This document shows positions 1 through 8,929 of a DNA stretch of 46,959 nt, in pieces. The stretch lies in contig JAGMDW010000132.1 in the NCBI GenBank assembly GCA_023128455.1, positions 1 to 46,959 of the forward strand, written 5' to 3'. Position 1 is the stretch's first letter; the number at the start of each line of letters is the position of its first letter. A program made the translations under genes and the position numbers. This stretch comes from Desulfurellaceae bacterium. GTDB lineage: Bacteria > Campylobacterota_A > Desulfurellia > JAGGSF01. A model generated the notes under the pieces. That model saw nothing but the letters and a program-made list of their open reading frames with translations. It had not been told where the DNA came from and ran no database searches.

Positions 1-53
1 GACATCGCCCTTTCACGGCGAAAACGTGGGTTCAAGTCCCGCTGGGGACGCCA
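1..53 (+). tRNA. tRNA-Glu (anticodon TTC), 5'-truncated by the window edge
   Basis: Anticodon arm TCGCC-CTTTCAC-GGCGA, T-arm GTGGG-TTCAAGT-CCCGC, 3' end ...GGGGACG-CCA at 51-53. Confidence 0.93.
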
Positions 54-73
54 AATATTAGAAGGAGGTTGTT

Positions 74-349
74 ATGAAAAAAGCAGACTTGGTAAGTAAA
101 ATCGCTAAATCTACAAACTTAAGTAAGGTCAGTGTAAAGGAAGTAGTTGATGCTGCCATCGAACAAATTATGGATGCAGTGAGTGAGGGTGAAAAGGTTA
201 GTTTCGTAGGTTTTGGCACTTTTGATGTCAGTAACAGAGCGCAGAGAACAGGGAGAAATCCTCGTACCGGAGAGAAAATAACCATTAAAGCATCTAAGTT
301 GCCAAAGTTTAAATGCGGTAGGATTTTTAAGGAAATGGTTAATAAATAA
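74..349 (+). CDS. hup: Histone-like DNA-binding protein HU
   Basis: 91 aa; MKKADLV, GFGTF and GRNPRTGE motifs; SD AAGGAGG at 62-68. Confidence 0.95.
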   Translation: MKKADLVSKIAKSTNLSKVSVKEVVDAAIEQIMDAVSEGEKVSFVGFGTFDVSNRAQRTGRNPRTGEKITIKASKLPKFKCGRIFKEMVNK

Positions 350-358
350 CAGAAGAAA

Positions 359-430
359 GGGCGAGTAGCTCAGGGGAAGAGCGCCTGCCTTACAAGCAGG
401 AAGTCGCAGGTTCAAATCCTGCCTTGCCCA
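359..430 (+). tRNA. tRNA-Val (anticodon TAC), no encoded CCA
   Basis: Acceptor GGGCGAG/CTTGCCC, anticodon arm CCTGC-CTTACAA-GCAGG, T-arm GCAGG-TTCAAAT-CCTGC, discriminator A430 followed by CTG. Confidence 0.95.
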
Positions 431-438
431 CTGCGAAC

Positions 439-515
439 GGGGCTGTAGTTCAGCTGGTTAGAACGCCGGCCTGTCACGCCGGAGGTCGCGGGTTCAAGTC
501 CCGTCGGCCCCGCCA
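439..515 (+). tRNA. tRNA-Asp (anticodon GTC)
   Basis: Acceptor GGGGCTG/CGGCCCC, anticodon arm CCGGC-CTGTCAC-GCCGG, T-loop TTCAAGT, encoded CCA at 513-515. Confidence 0.96.
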
Positions 516-1475
516 TTAACGGGATTTCTTCTTTGCAAACTGAAGTAGTTTTTTATCCTCTATACCTCTTTTATGAATAACTACACTTTCTATTGAAGTA
601 CATGTCACTTTGGATCTGTTCAATCCTGCCATACATCCGTTCTTTCCTTTCAAAAGACTCTCTGTTGCCTTTACAGCAAAACGGAAAGCTAACAATCTAT
701 CAAATACCGTAGGAGAACCACCACGCTGTATATGCCCCAACACTGTCATCCTCGTATCAAATTCCGCATCTCTTAATTTACCCAGCATTTCTCCCGTGGC
801 CCTTGTTCCTTCCGACACTACTATCATACTATAGATTTTACCACTTCTGTGCTCTTTTCCTAACCGTTCTATTATGGAATCTACATCAAACTTTACCTCG
901 GGAATGAGTACCGCATCTGCCCCTGAGGCAAGAGCAGTTGTTGCCGCTAAATAACCGCACTTTCTTCCCATAGTTTCCACCACAAATGCTCTGCCGTGAG
1001 AAGAGGCGGTATATCGTATAATATCCAAAGCCTGGATAATTACATTCAAAGCCGTATCCACCCCTAATGCTATATCTGTCCCATATATATCGTTGTCAAT
1101 AGAGGCTGGTATGCCAACTACAGGAACACCTGCCTTATATAACTTTTCCACTCCTCTCATTGAACCATTGCCACCAATTACAACCAATCCTTCTATGCCG
1201 TTTTTAGCTATTACATTTAAAGCCTTTTTAAAAACATATTCTTCTTTAAATCGAGGATAACGAGATGTCATTAAAAATGTCCCTCCCTTTTGAACCGCAT
1301 CCTCAATAACCTTAAAATCTATCTTTTTACAATTGCCATTAACCAAACCTTTGTAGCCCTCAAAAATAGCTACCACCTCTACATTGTTCATAAAAGCTTC
1401 TGCTGCAACACCTTTTATTGCTGCATTCATCCCCGAACAATCCCCTCCACTGGTCAAAACAGCTATCTTTTTCAT
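516..1475 (-). CDS. pfkA: ATP-dependent 6-phosphofructokinase
   Basis: TSGGD, GGNGS, PASIDND, MGR and LGHIQRGG motifs; start moved to MKKIAV (SD GAGGA 5 nt upstream). Confidence 0.95.
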   Translation of the reverse strand: MKKIAVLTSGGDCSGMNAAIKGVAAEAFMNNVEVVAIFEGYKGLVNGNCKKIDFKVIEDAVQKGGTFLMTSRYPRFKEEYVFKKALNVIAKNGIEGLVVIGGNGSMRGVEKLYKAGVPVVGIPASIDNDIYGTDIALGVDTALNVIIQALDIIRYTASSHGRAFVVETMGRKCGYLAATTALASGADAVLIPEVKFDVDSIIERLGKEHRSGKIYSMIVVSEGTRATGEMLGKLRDAEFDTRMTVLGHIQRGGSPTVFDRLLAFRFAVKATESLLKGKNGCMAGLNRSKVTCTSIESVVIHKRGIEDKKLLQFAKKKSR

Positions 1476-1483
1476 CTTTATCC

Positions 1484-2470
1484 TCACAAATTTAAATGTG
1501 GTTCAGCATCTATGCTATTATAATCAAAAGTAGCCCGATCCTTATTTTTATATGCAACCATAGCGACCATAGCCCCATTGTCCATACATAGATTGGGAGA
1601 AGGGAAGTAAATTTCAATATTCTTTCTATCACACATGTCATAAAGTACTTCCCTTAAGCGAGAGTTACAGGCAACGCCGCCGCCTATTACCATTCTTTTT
1701 ACCCCTGTTATATCTGCTGCTTTAAAAAGCCTCTTTACTATCACATCAACCACGGATTCCTGAAAAGAAGCAGCAATGTTTGCCACATCGGTTTTTGACA
1801 ATTTACCCAAGTTTTCAACACACTTTTTGACAGCCGTTTTTACACCACTGAAACTGAAATTCAATGTTTCTTTTTTCTCCAAAGCCCTGGGAATATTAAA
1901 GAATGTAGCACTTCCTGTTTTTGACAAGCTGTCAATAACTGGTCCGCCTGGAAAGGAAAAGCCCAACAGACGCGAAACTTTATCAAATGCCTCTCCTGCC
2001 GCATCGTCCAATGTTTTTCCCAAAAGTTTATAATTTTTCTCACCTGAAACCAAATAAAGATGTGTATGACCTCCGGAAATGACCAATGCCAAAAATGGAT
2101 ATTCAACATTATGCTCCAAAAATATGGCGTTGATATGCCCCTCTATATGGTTTACCGACACTATAGGGATATCTCTTTCATAGCAAAAGGCTTTAGCAAA
2201 ACAAACACCAACCAACAAAGAGGGCATAAGCCCCGGACCCACAGTAACCCCTACCATATCCATTTGAGAAACACCTGCTTCCGTCATCGCTTTCTCTACA
2301 CAAAGAGAAATTGCCTCGGTATGCATGCGAGCAGCCATTTCTGGAACTATTCCTCCAAATCGTGCATGCACTTCATTCTGGTCAATAATCACATTAGATT
2401 TCAATATTGTATCTTCCAACACAGCACAGGAGGTATCATCACAGGAAGTATCTATACCTAAAATGTACAT
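1484..2470 (-). CDS. tsaD: tRNA N6-threonylcarbamoyltransferase TsaD
   Basis: GIDTSCDDT, HIEGH, SGGHT, GEAFDK, GGVACN and DNGAMV motifs. Confidence 0.97.
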   Translation of the reverse strand: MYILGIDTSCDDTSCAVLEDTILKSNVIIDQNEVHARFGGIVPEMAARMHTEAISLCVEKAMTEAGVSQMDMVGVTVGPGLMPSLLVGVCFAKAFCYERDIPIVSVNHIEGHINAIFLEHNVEYPFLALVISGGHTHLYLVSGEKNYKLLGKTLDDAAGEAFDKVSRLLGFSFPGGPVIDSLSKTGSATFFNIPRALEKKETLNFSFSGVKTAVKKCVENLGKLSKTDVANIAASFQESVVDVIVKRLFKAADITGVKRMVIGGGVACNSRLREVLYDMCDRKNIEIYFPSPNLCMDNGAMVAMVAYKNKDRATFDYNSIDAEPHLNL

Positions 2471-3330
2471 AAATTCCTCTTTATATCCACAATCTGAATA
2501 TTACTTTCATTCAAATCACCAATGGACTCTCTCAATGCCTTATATGTTATTTTATTACAATGAGCAATGGCTACTACCCGACCCTTCTTGCGAGCAGTAT
2601 ATAACGCATTGTTCAATTGTTTTTTAATATAGGAAACATCTTTTATATTATCTAAGAATACATCTCTCTTGGCAAAAGGAATGCCTTCGTCCTCTGCTTC
2701 TAAATAACCAATACTATAAGGTGTAGTCATACTGTCCACAAAGAATAGGGATTTTTGTTTTAAAAATCGCATCATTACATCCATCTTGTCCGCAGACTGA
2801 CTAAACTGAGAACCTTCATGAATATTTAATCCCTCGGCAAAAGGTACATTTTTATATGCCTTCTCCAATCTTTTGGTAATTTCTTCCTCTGATGCATCAA
2901 CAAACAATGCCCCCGGGCCCAAGCCGTGAAACGGATGATGAATGGGTTCACAAGGCATATGCAACATCACTGTATAACCCATCTCATGAAGCTTGTTCGC
3001 AATTTTCCCCGTATGAGGAGCATAAGGAAGACAAGAAAAGACAAGAGGAATGTTAAGTCGAGCAAACATCAACGCCAACCTTTCGTCGTATCCCACATCA
3101 TCAATAATAATAGAAATTTTTCCCTTAAAGACTTTTTTCTTTACATTCGTTAATGCAATTTTCTTAGGTTCTGGTTTCTTGATCGTAGGTTTTTCTTCAG
3201 GTAACTTTGATAATTTAATCGTTGCCACTGGTAGTGATACTTGTCTTTTCTTGTGAACATAATTCCCCACAAAGTATACTACAGTACCTACGCAATAAAG
3301 ATAAATAATAATTTGAAGGGCTCTTTTCAT
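2458..3330 (-). CDS. Divergent polysaccharide deacetylase family protein (YibQ-like), N-terminal membrane anchor
   Basis: IIIDDVG, LHMPCEP, NIHEGS, FVDSMT, RDVFLD and AIAH motifs; usual position after envC-ctpA. Confidence 0.88.
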   Translation of the reverse strand: MKRALQIIIYLYCVGTVVYFVGNYVHKKRQVSLPVATIKLSKLPEEKPTIKKPEPKKIALTNVKKKVFKGKISIIIDDVGYDERLALMFARLNIPLVFSCLPYAPHTGKIANKLHEMGYTVMLHMPCEPIHHPFHGLGPGALFVDASEEEITKRLEKAYKNVPFAEGLNIHEGSQFSQSADKMDVMMRFLKQKSLFFVDSMTTPYSIGYLEAEDEGIPFAKRDVFLDNIKDVSYIKKQLNNALYTARKKGRVVAIAHCNKITYKALRESIGDLNESNIQIVDIKRNLCTF

Positions 3331-3333
3331 TTC

Positions 3334-4575
3334 CTACTTGTGCTTTATAATTTCAATAGCCTTTAAGAGACCAATAGCTCTGGAAAGCTGATAATCCTCT
3401 ACCTTTTTGGTTTTAGTTTCTGCCTTTTTTAAAGCTTCAAGATGGTGGGGTAGATTTTCTTCCCTTAGTACCTTGTTTTCCTTTATCTCTAATTTGCCCT
3501 GCGGCACATATATATCAGGAGTAATACCTAAAGCCTGAATGCATCTTCCAGATGGCGTATAATATTCTGCCGTAGTAAGGCTAAGCGCAGAACCATCTCC
3601 CATTGGGAATATCGTCTGCACACTTCCCTTACCAAAACTCTTTGTTCCCATAATAATGGCTCTCTTGTGATCCTGAAGGCAACCGGCCAAAATCTCCGAT
3701 GCACTGGCTGAACCACCATTTATCAAAATTACAATCGGATAAGCAGACTCATATCCAGTATTCTTAGCATAATATATCTTGTCTTGCGTTTTCACCCTCC
3801 CTTTAGTGGAAACAATCAAGCCGTCTTTTATAAACAAGTCTGCGACCCCAATCGCTTCCGAAAGAAGTCCACCTGGATCGTTTCTCAAATCAATAACTAA
3901 ACCATTTATCTTCCCAGAAAATTTTTTTAAAACCTTTTTAGCTTCTTTTGTTGTTCCATCCTGAAACTGTAATATATGAAGATAGCCAATTTTAGGAGAA
4001 ACCATCTCATGTTTTACAGATTTTATATGAATTATATCCCTCACAATAGTGATATCTATAGGTTTCTTAGCCCCCTCTCTGGACACTATTATTTTAACCT
4101 TTGTCTGGGGTTTTCCTCTTAAAATCTTTACCACTTCCTTCAATGACATACCCAAGGTACTCTTGCCATCTATACTCATAATTATATCGCCTGCTTTCAC
4201 CCCCGCTCTATAAGCAGGCGTATCTTCTATGGGAGAAATTACTGTGAGCAATTTATCCTTAATTGTTATCTCTATTCCTACACCACCAAACTTTCCCTTC
4301 GTTAAAACCTCTAATTCTTTAAATTCGTCCTCATTCATATAGGAAGAGTGAGGATCTAAAGAACTCACCATTCCTTTGATAGCTGAGCCTATAAGTTCTT
4401 TATCGTTCACGTTTTTAACATACTGTTTCTCTACAGTCGCAAGCACATCAGAAAAAGTTTTCAGCTTGGCATATTTCCCTTTATTTTCTACACGAGCCGA
4501 AATAGAAACAACACTCAAAGCAAATAATACAACAATAAAAACAAAGATTAAAAAACCAGTGTTTTTTCTTTTCAT
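3334..4575 (-). CDS. ctpA: Carboxyl-terminal processing protease (S41, PDZ)
   Basis: LDPHSSY, GVGI (PDZ), DLRNDPGG, SASASE and FGKGSVQ motifs; signal/anchor N-terminus. Confidence 0.95.
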   Translation of the reverse strand: MKRKNTGFLIFVFIVVLFALSVVSISARVENKGKYAKLKTFSDVLATVEKQYVKNVNDKELIGSAIKGMVSSLDPHSSYMNEDEFKELEVLTKGKFGGVGIEITIKDKLLTVISPIEDTPAYRAGVKAGDIIMSIDGKSTLGMSLKEVVKILRGKPQTKVKIIVSREGAKKPIDITIVRDIIHIKSVKHEMVSPKIGYLHILQFQDGTTKEAKKVLKKFSGKINGLVIDLRNDPGGLLSEAIGVADLFIKDGLIVSTKGRVKTQDKIYYAKNTGYESAYPIVILINGGSASASEILAGCLQDHKRAIIMGTKSFGKGSVQTIFPMGDGSALSLTTAEYYTPSGRCIQALGITPDIYVPQGKLEIKENKVLREENLPHHLEALKKAETKTKKVEDYQLSRAIGLLKAIEIIKHK

Positions 4576-5729
4576 CTTTTTCTCCTTATATTTTTACAGT
4601 TCAACCAATTCAAAGGATTCAATGCTAATATTCGTTTTCTTAACTCAAAATGCAAACATTCTGTCACTTTCCCCAGCTGTCTGCCTGCAACTACACTATC
4701 ATGTTCTCTTACATCTACGGTATCCATCCCCGCATAGATAGTATAATATTTATTCAAATGATTCAATATAATTGTTCCACCGTACCCTGGTACATCGCCC
4801 ACATAGTCCACATATCCCGAATAAACTGCATAAACACTCTCTTTTTTATCTACCCTAACATCTATCCCGTTATTCTTAGTGTAAATCCCTATTACTTTAT
4901 CATATTTCTTTCCGAATTCGCCAATTATTGTACCTCTTCTCACTGGAAATATCAATTTCCTCTTAAGTAAATAAAAGGGCTTTCTTACTGCTTCTTTTTT
5001 ATATGTATACCTCTTCTTCAATTTCTCTTTAACAATTTTTACCAACAATGCCTCTAAATATCTTCTTCTCTTCTTCAATTTGTAAACTTGAGATACATAC
5101 ATTCTTTTGCTATGTTTAAGTGATGCCAATAGATAACCTTTTTTCTTTTTCTCTTGAATCAACGCTTTTTCCTGCCCATTTATCCGAGATACTGCTTTTT
5201 TCTTCCTAAAAACAAGTATTCTTAACCAGTTCTCATCTTTTTGCAGTCTTTCCAGTTTACCTGTATATTTCAAGATGCTTTCTTTAAAAACATCGGCAGT
5301 TTTCCCTAACATACACATTGTCCAGGAGGGAGATATATCTCTGCAAGAGGGAACATACTGCTCTTTCCTGAAAGATGTGACGAGAAAAGTCTTAAAATGA
5401 GCGTTTAAAAGCTCTCGGTTGTCTCCTATTTCTCTTTTTAAATATCCTATATTACCTTGCAACAGCGAAATGTGCTTTTCAATTTTTCTTACTTCAGTTT
5501 TGCCTTGCCTGATCTTTCCGTGAAGTTTTCCTATTCGCTTGTCAATAGATATAATTTCTTTCTTTGTCTTAAAATATTTCTCTCTAATCATGCTAAGTTT
5601 CTTTGTTTTCTTCTTTATTTTGCCCTTCACTTCTTTTAATTCTGTATGAATATGCGTGGTTTTATCTGCACAAAACACATTTGTAGAAAAGAGAAATAGT
5701 AAGAGAATCAGAAAACTAAACCTTTTCAT
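4572..5729 (-). CDS. envC: Murein hydrolase activator EnvC-like (coiled coil + degenerate M23)
   Basis: Signal peptide, long coiled coil, C-terminal NNGID...LHFELR M23-like domain; directly downstream of ftsEX. Confidence 0.85.
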   Translation of the reverse strand: MKRFSFLILLLFLFSTNVFCADKTTHIHTELKEVKGKIKKKTKKLSMIREKYFKTKKEIISIDKRIGKLHGKIRQGKTEVRKIEKHISLLQGNIGYLKREIGDNRELLNAHFKTFLVTSFRKEQYVPSCRDISPSWTMCMLGKTADVFKESILKYTGKLERLQKDENWLRILVFRKKKAVSRINGQEKALIQEKKKKGYLLASLKHSKRMYVSQVYKLKKRRRYLEALLVKIVKEKLKKRYTYKKEAVRKPFYLLKRKLIFPVRRGTIIGEFGKKYDKVIGIYTKNNGIDVRVDKKESVYAVYSGYVDYVGDVPGYGGTIILNHLNKYYTIYAGMDTVDVREHDSVVAGRQLGKVTECLHFELRKRILALNPLNWLNCKNIRRKR

Positions 5730-6567
5730 TCCTTACAGCGAAAAGTGTACATAAAAACAAAACAAATATATTGAACAAAACTGCTATCAAAGAAAATCCA
5801 CAGGCGGATAGAAAATCAGAGTTGCCCAAAAACGCTAAATTCTGTATAAAGTCCCTTATAAAAACAACAACCCCAAGGGATGTAACCGCAGCCAAGACTA
5901 TCCCTGCAAAGCCTATAAGAAACAATCCACTCATTAAAAGTAGCTTTATTTTCTCTGAACTACATCCTAAAAGTTTTAATGTTAATACATCTTCTCTTAA
6001 ATTGAGATAAAACAGCCTGCCCGTTAATAAAAAAATGGCGATTTCTATTATAATAAAACCACATAAAAACAGAAGAGAAAAGGATAGAAAATGCTTGTAA
6101 GAATGCTCGTAGGACATAATAAGTCGCGATGGGAGGAGAACATCTTCCACGCTTGAATACCGAAGCAGCTCATTCTTTATACTGTTCATCTCTTTTTCTT
6201 TTAAGAAACGAGGTTTTACAAAAATATCTGCAGAGTACGGGAGGGGATTGGAAAAATGCCTGGGTAATTTTACTCCCATATTCTTTTCCACCATATTCAA
6301 AGCCTGTTTTGAAGAAATGAGATTTAATGATTTTATCCATTCTTTACTTTTTACACGCATACAAACATCATCTACCTTCTTAGATGGAGCATTCTCATGA
6401 AATATGATATACATATGAGCACGAGATTTAACTACATTAAACCGACAATTGATAAGCAAAAAAACCAAAACAAGCAAAACAAGCACCAAGGTAAGGAGAA
6501 AGGATGTAAAAAAACATGTTCCGCTTAGTGTTTTATTTTTACCCAGGATCTTGGTTATATATCCCAT
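5716..6567 (-). CDS. ftsX: Cell division permease FtsX-like (diverged)
   Basis: 1 TM + periplasmic loop with NPLPYS motif + 3 TM, LKLLGCS motif; between ftsE and envC; start uncertain (6567 or 6582). Confidence 0.8.
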   Translation of the reverse strand: MGYITKILGKNKTLSGTCFFTSFLLTLVLVLLVLVFLLINCRFNVVKSRAHMYIIFHENAPSKKVDDVCMRVKSKEWIKSLNLISSKQALNMVEKNMGVKLPRHFSNPLPYSADIFVKPRFLKEKEMNSIKNELLRYSSVEDVLLPSRLIMSYEHSYKHFLSFSLLFLCGFIIIEIAIFLLTGRLFYLNLREDVLTLKLLGCSSEKIKLLLMSGLFLIGFAGIVLAAVTSLGVVVFIRDFIQNLAFLGNSDFLSACGFSLIAVLFNIFVLFLCTLFAVRNEKV

Positions 6568-7225
6568 ATAATTTACCACCATTCAACACAAAGCTCTTTC
6601 CTTCTAACGAAGAAAGCTCCTTGCCAGAAAATAGAAGAATGCCCTTATCCTTGCAAAAGTCCCCTTTTAGTATATCTATCACCTTTCCAACAGAAGAAGG
6701 GGAAAGACATCTAAATGGCTCATCAGCTAAAATAATGGGGGCATCAAGAGAAAAGATCATAGCCAAAGAAAGCCTTGCTTTTTCTCCGGGAGAAAGAAAT
6801 ATGACCTTTTTTTTAAAGACATCTCTCAAATCTAATTGAGACAAAAACCGCTCTATCAAAGGCATAAATGCCGTCTTTTTTCTACCCCTCATCTTATTGA
6901 TAAATAGAAGATTATCTAAGACATTCATATACTCAAACAAGCGAAAATTCTCAAAAAAAACGCTTATATATTGTCTCAGCAATAAGATATGCTCATACTT
7001 TTTCAACTCGGATGTATCCGCCCCCATTATGTTCACCCTACCTCTTTCAGGGTAAATGCTACATAAAATAATCTTAAGTAATGTGCTTTTTCCAGAACCT
7101 TCATCTCCTATAATCTTTATTACATCGCCTTTTTTTAAGCATAAATTTACCCCTTGCAGGACCCAGTTGACCCTATCGTATGTTTTATATATGTCTTCCA
7201 AAAGAACTAATTCTTCTTCAACCAT
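6539..7225 (-). CDS. ftsE: FtsE-like ABC ATPase with degenerate motifs
   Basis: Walker A GDEGSGKST, Walker B ILADEP, signature LSPGE; synteny with ftsX-envC. Confidence 0.8.
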   Translation of the reverse strand: MVEEELVLLEDIYKTYDRVNWVLQGVNLCLKKGDVIKIIGDEGSGKSTLLKIILCSIYPERGRVNIMGADTSELKKYEHILLLRQYISVFFENFRLFEYMNVLDNLLFINKMRGRKKTAFMPLIERFLSQLDLRDVFKKKVIFLSPGEKARLSLAMIFSLDAPIILADEPFRCLSPSSVGKVIDILKGDFCKDKGILLFSGKELSSLEGKSFVLNGGKLYGIYNQDPG

Positions 7226-8130
7226 TCTCTCACTGTATTGCTAATACCGGCTGCATTAAACCCAAATTTACACAGAAGGTCATCACCGGTGCCTGACTCA
7301 CCAAAAACATCGGGTATTCCTATACGCTTTAGTTTAATAGGATAATGTTCGCTCAAAAATTCTGCCACCGCACTACCCAAACCCCCAAAGATTGTATGTT
7401 CCTCTATGGTTACCATTTTCTTCGTTGATTTAGCAAAATCATAAAGCATCTCTTCATCAATAGGTTTCACCGTAGCCATATCTATTACAGATGCATCTAT
7501 CCCCTCTTTCTCCAGCAATTTCGCCGCTTCCAATGCATACCATACCAGAAATCCACAGGCAACCAATGTTACATCCCGTCCTGTTCTCAACGCTCTTCCT
7601 CTACCAAAAACAAAATCGCCTTCTGTAAAAACAGGAGACTTAGCCCGAGATGTTCTAATATAAACCGGTCCATCATCTTTGATGGTAGATAAAACAGCAG
7701 TGTAGGTCTCATTATAATCCGCCGGAACAACAAGCTTCATATTGGGAAGAGTTCTCATTAAAGAAATATCCAATACTGCCTGATGACTACCTCCATCCTC
7801 ACCCAGATTTATCCCTCCATGAGAACCGCACAAAACTACAGGCAATTTTTGGTATGCAATGGATTGCCTCACTGACTCAAATGCCCTTCCCGTAACAAAT
7901 ACGGCAAAAGAGGAAGCATAGGGTCTCTTGCCACACAAAGCCAATCCCGCCGATGTATCTACCATATTTGCCTCTGCAATACCCATATCAAAAAATCTCT
8001 CCGGAAAAGCTTCTTTAAACTTAACACTCTTTGTCGAACCTGCTAAATCTGCATCCAACGCCACTACATCTTTATATTTTCTCCCCAATTCAAGCAATGC
8101 ATCTCCATAAGCATCCCTAGTCGCCTTCAT
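7207..8130 (-). CDS. Transketolase, C-terminal (pyrimidine-binding + C-terminal domain) subunit
   Basis: ATRDAYG, DADLAGST, GIAEAN, EDGGSHQ and EEHTIFGGLG motifs. Confidence 0.93.
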   Translation of the reverse strand: MKATRDAYGDALLELGRKYKDVVALDADLAGSTKSVKFKEAFPERFFDMGIAEANMVDTSAGLALCGKRPYASSFAVFVTGRAFESVRQSIAYQKLPVVLCGSHGGINLGEDGGSHQAVLDISLMRTLPNMKLVVPADYNETYTAVLSTIKDDGPVYIRTSRAKSPVFTEGDFVFGRGRALRTGRDVTLVACGFLVWYALEAAKLLEKEGIDASVIDMATVKPIDEEMLYDFAKSTKKMVTIEEHTIFGGLGSAVAEFLSEHYPIKLKRIGIPDVFGESGTGDDLLCKFGFNAAGISNTVREWLKKN

Positions 8131-8929
8131 CTATTTCCTCCAATGCCTTTTTCAATTCTTCATCTGTTGGAGCTACACCATGATACTCCACTTTATCTTC
8201 CATAAATGAAACCCCTCTACCTTTTATAGTATGGGCAATAATTACAGTGGGCGATCTCTTATTGTTTTTCGCCTCTTCAAATGCACTTATCAATTCAGAA
8301 AATTTGTGCCCATCAACAGATTTTGTATAAAGGCCAAAGGCCTTAAATTTCTCCTCCAGAGGATAGATGTTCATCACATCCCTGCATCTTCCATCTATCT
8401 GTAAAGTATTGTTGTCTATAACTACACATAGATTATCCAATTTATAATGGGAAGCGGACATAAAAGCCTCCCAAACCAGCCCTTCATCCATTTCTCCGTC
8501 ACCCATCAAACAATAAACACGAAATGGATTTTTGTCGAGTTTCCCGGCTAAAGCCATTCCACAAGCCTGGGGTAAACCATGAGCCAACGAACCGGTAGAA
8601 GCTTCTACCCCCGGCAAATATTTAGAATCTGGATGTCCCTGTAAGGGACTACCCAATTTTCTCAATGTCCACAACATATCACGGGGGAAAACCCCCGCCT
8701 TACTCAATACAGCGTACAAAGCAGGTGCAGCATGTCCTTTAGACAAAACAAACCTATCCCTGTTTTCATCAGATGGTTTTTTCGCGTCATAACTCATAAC
8801 CTTGAAATACAGACTAACCAATATCTCCACACAAGACAATGAACCTCCCACATGCCCCGATCCTGCCATATTGAGCATCAAAAGAATGTCTTTTCTGATC
8901 TCCTTAGCTATCTTTTCCAAGTCTTCCAT
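8117..8929 (-). CDS. Transketolase, N-terminal TPP-binding subunit
   Basis: SGHVGG, LSKGH, LQGHP and GDGE...DNN TPP motifs. Confidence 0.93.
   Translation of the reverse strand: MEDLEKIAKEIRKDILLMLNMAGSGHVGGSLSCVEILVSLYFKVMSYDAKKPSDENRDRFVLSKGHAAPALYAVLSKAGVFPRDMLWTLRKLGSPLQGHPDSKYLPGVEASTGSLAHGLPQACGMALAGKLDKNPFRVYCLMGDGEMDEGLVWEAFMSASHYKLDNLCVVIDNNTLQIDGRCRDVMNIYPLEEKFKAFGLYTKSVDGHKFSELISAFEEAKNNKRSPTVIIAHTIKGRGVSFMEDKVEYHGVAPTDEELKKALEEIDEGD

Noticed and set aside
119..415. 98-aa minus-strand ORF (MNLRLPACKAGALPLSYSP...)
   Set aside because: Antisense translation of tRNA-Val and hup; a typical tRNA shadow ORF
4572..5000. EnvC M23 domain lacking zinc ligands as a possible pseudogene
   Set aside because: A degenerate LytM domain is the normal state for EnvC
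7207..8929. Transketolase in two ORFs as a possible frameshifted pseudogene
   Set aside because: Two-subunit transketolases of these sizes are a common family; each ORF has typical termini and the second has its own SD
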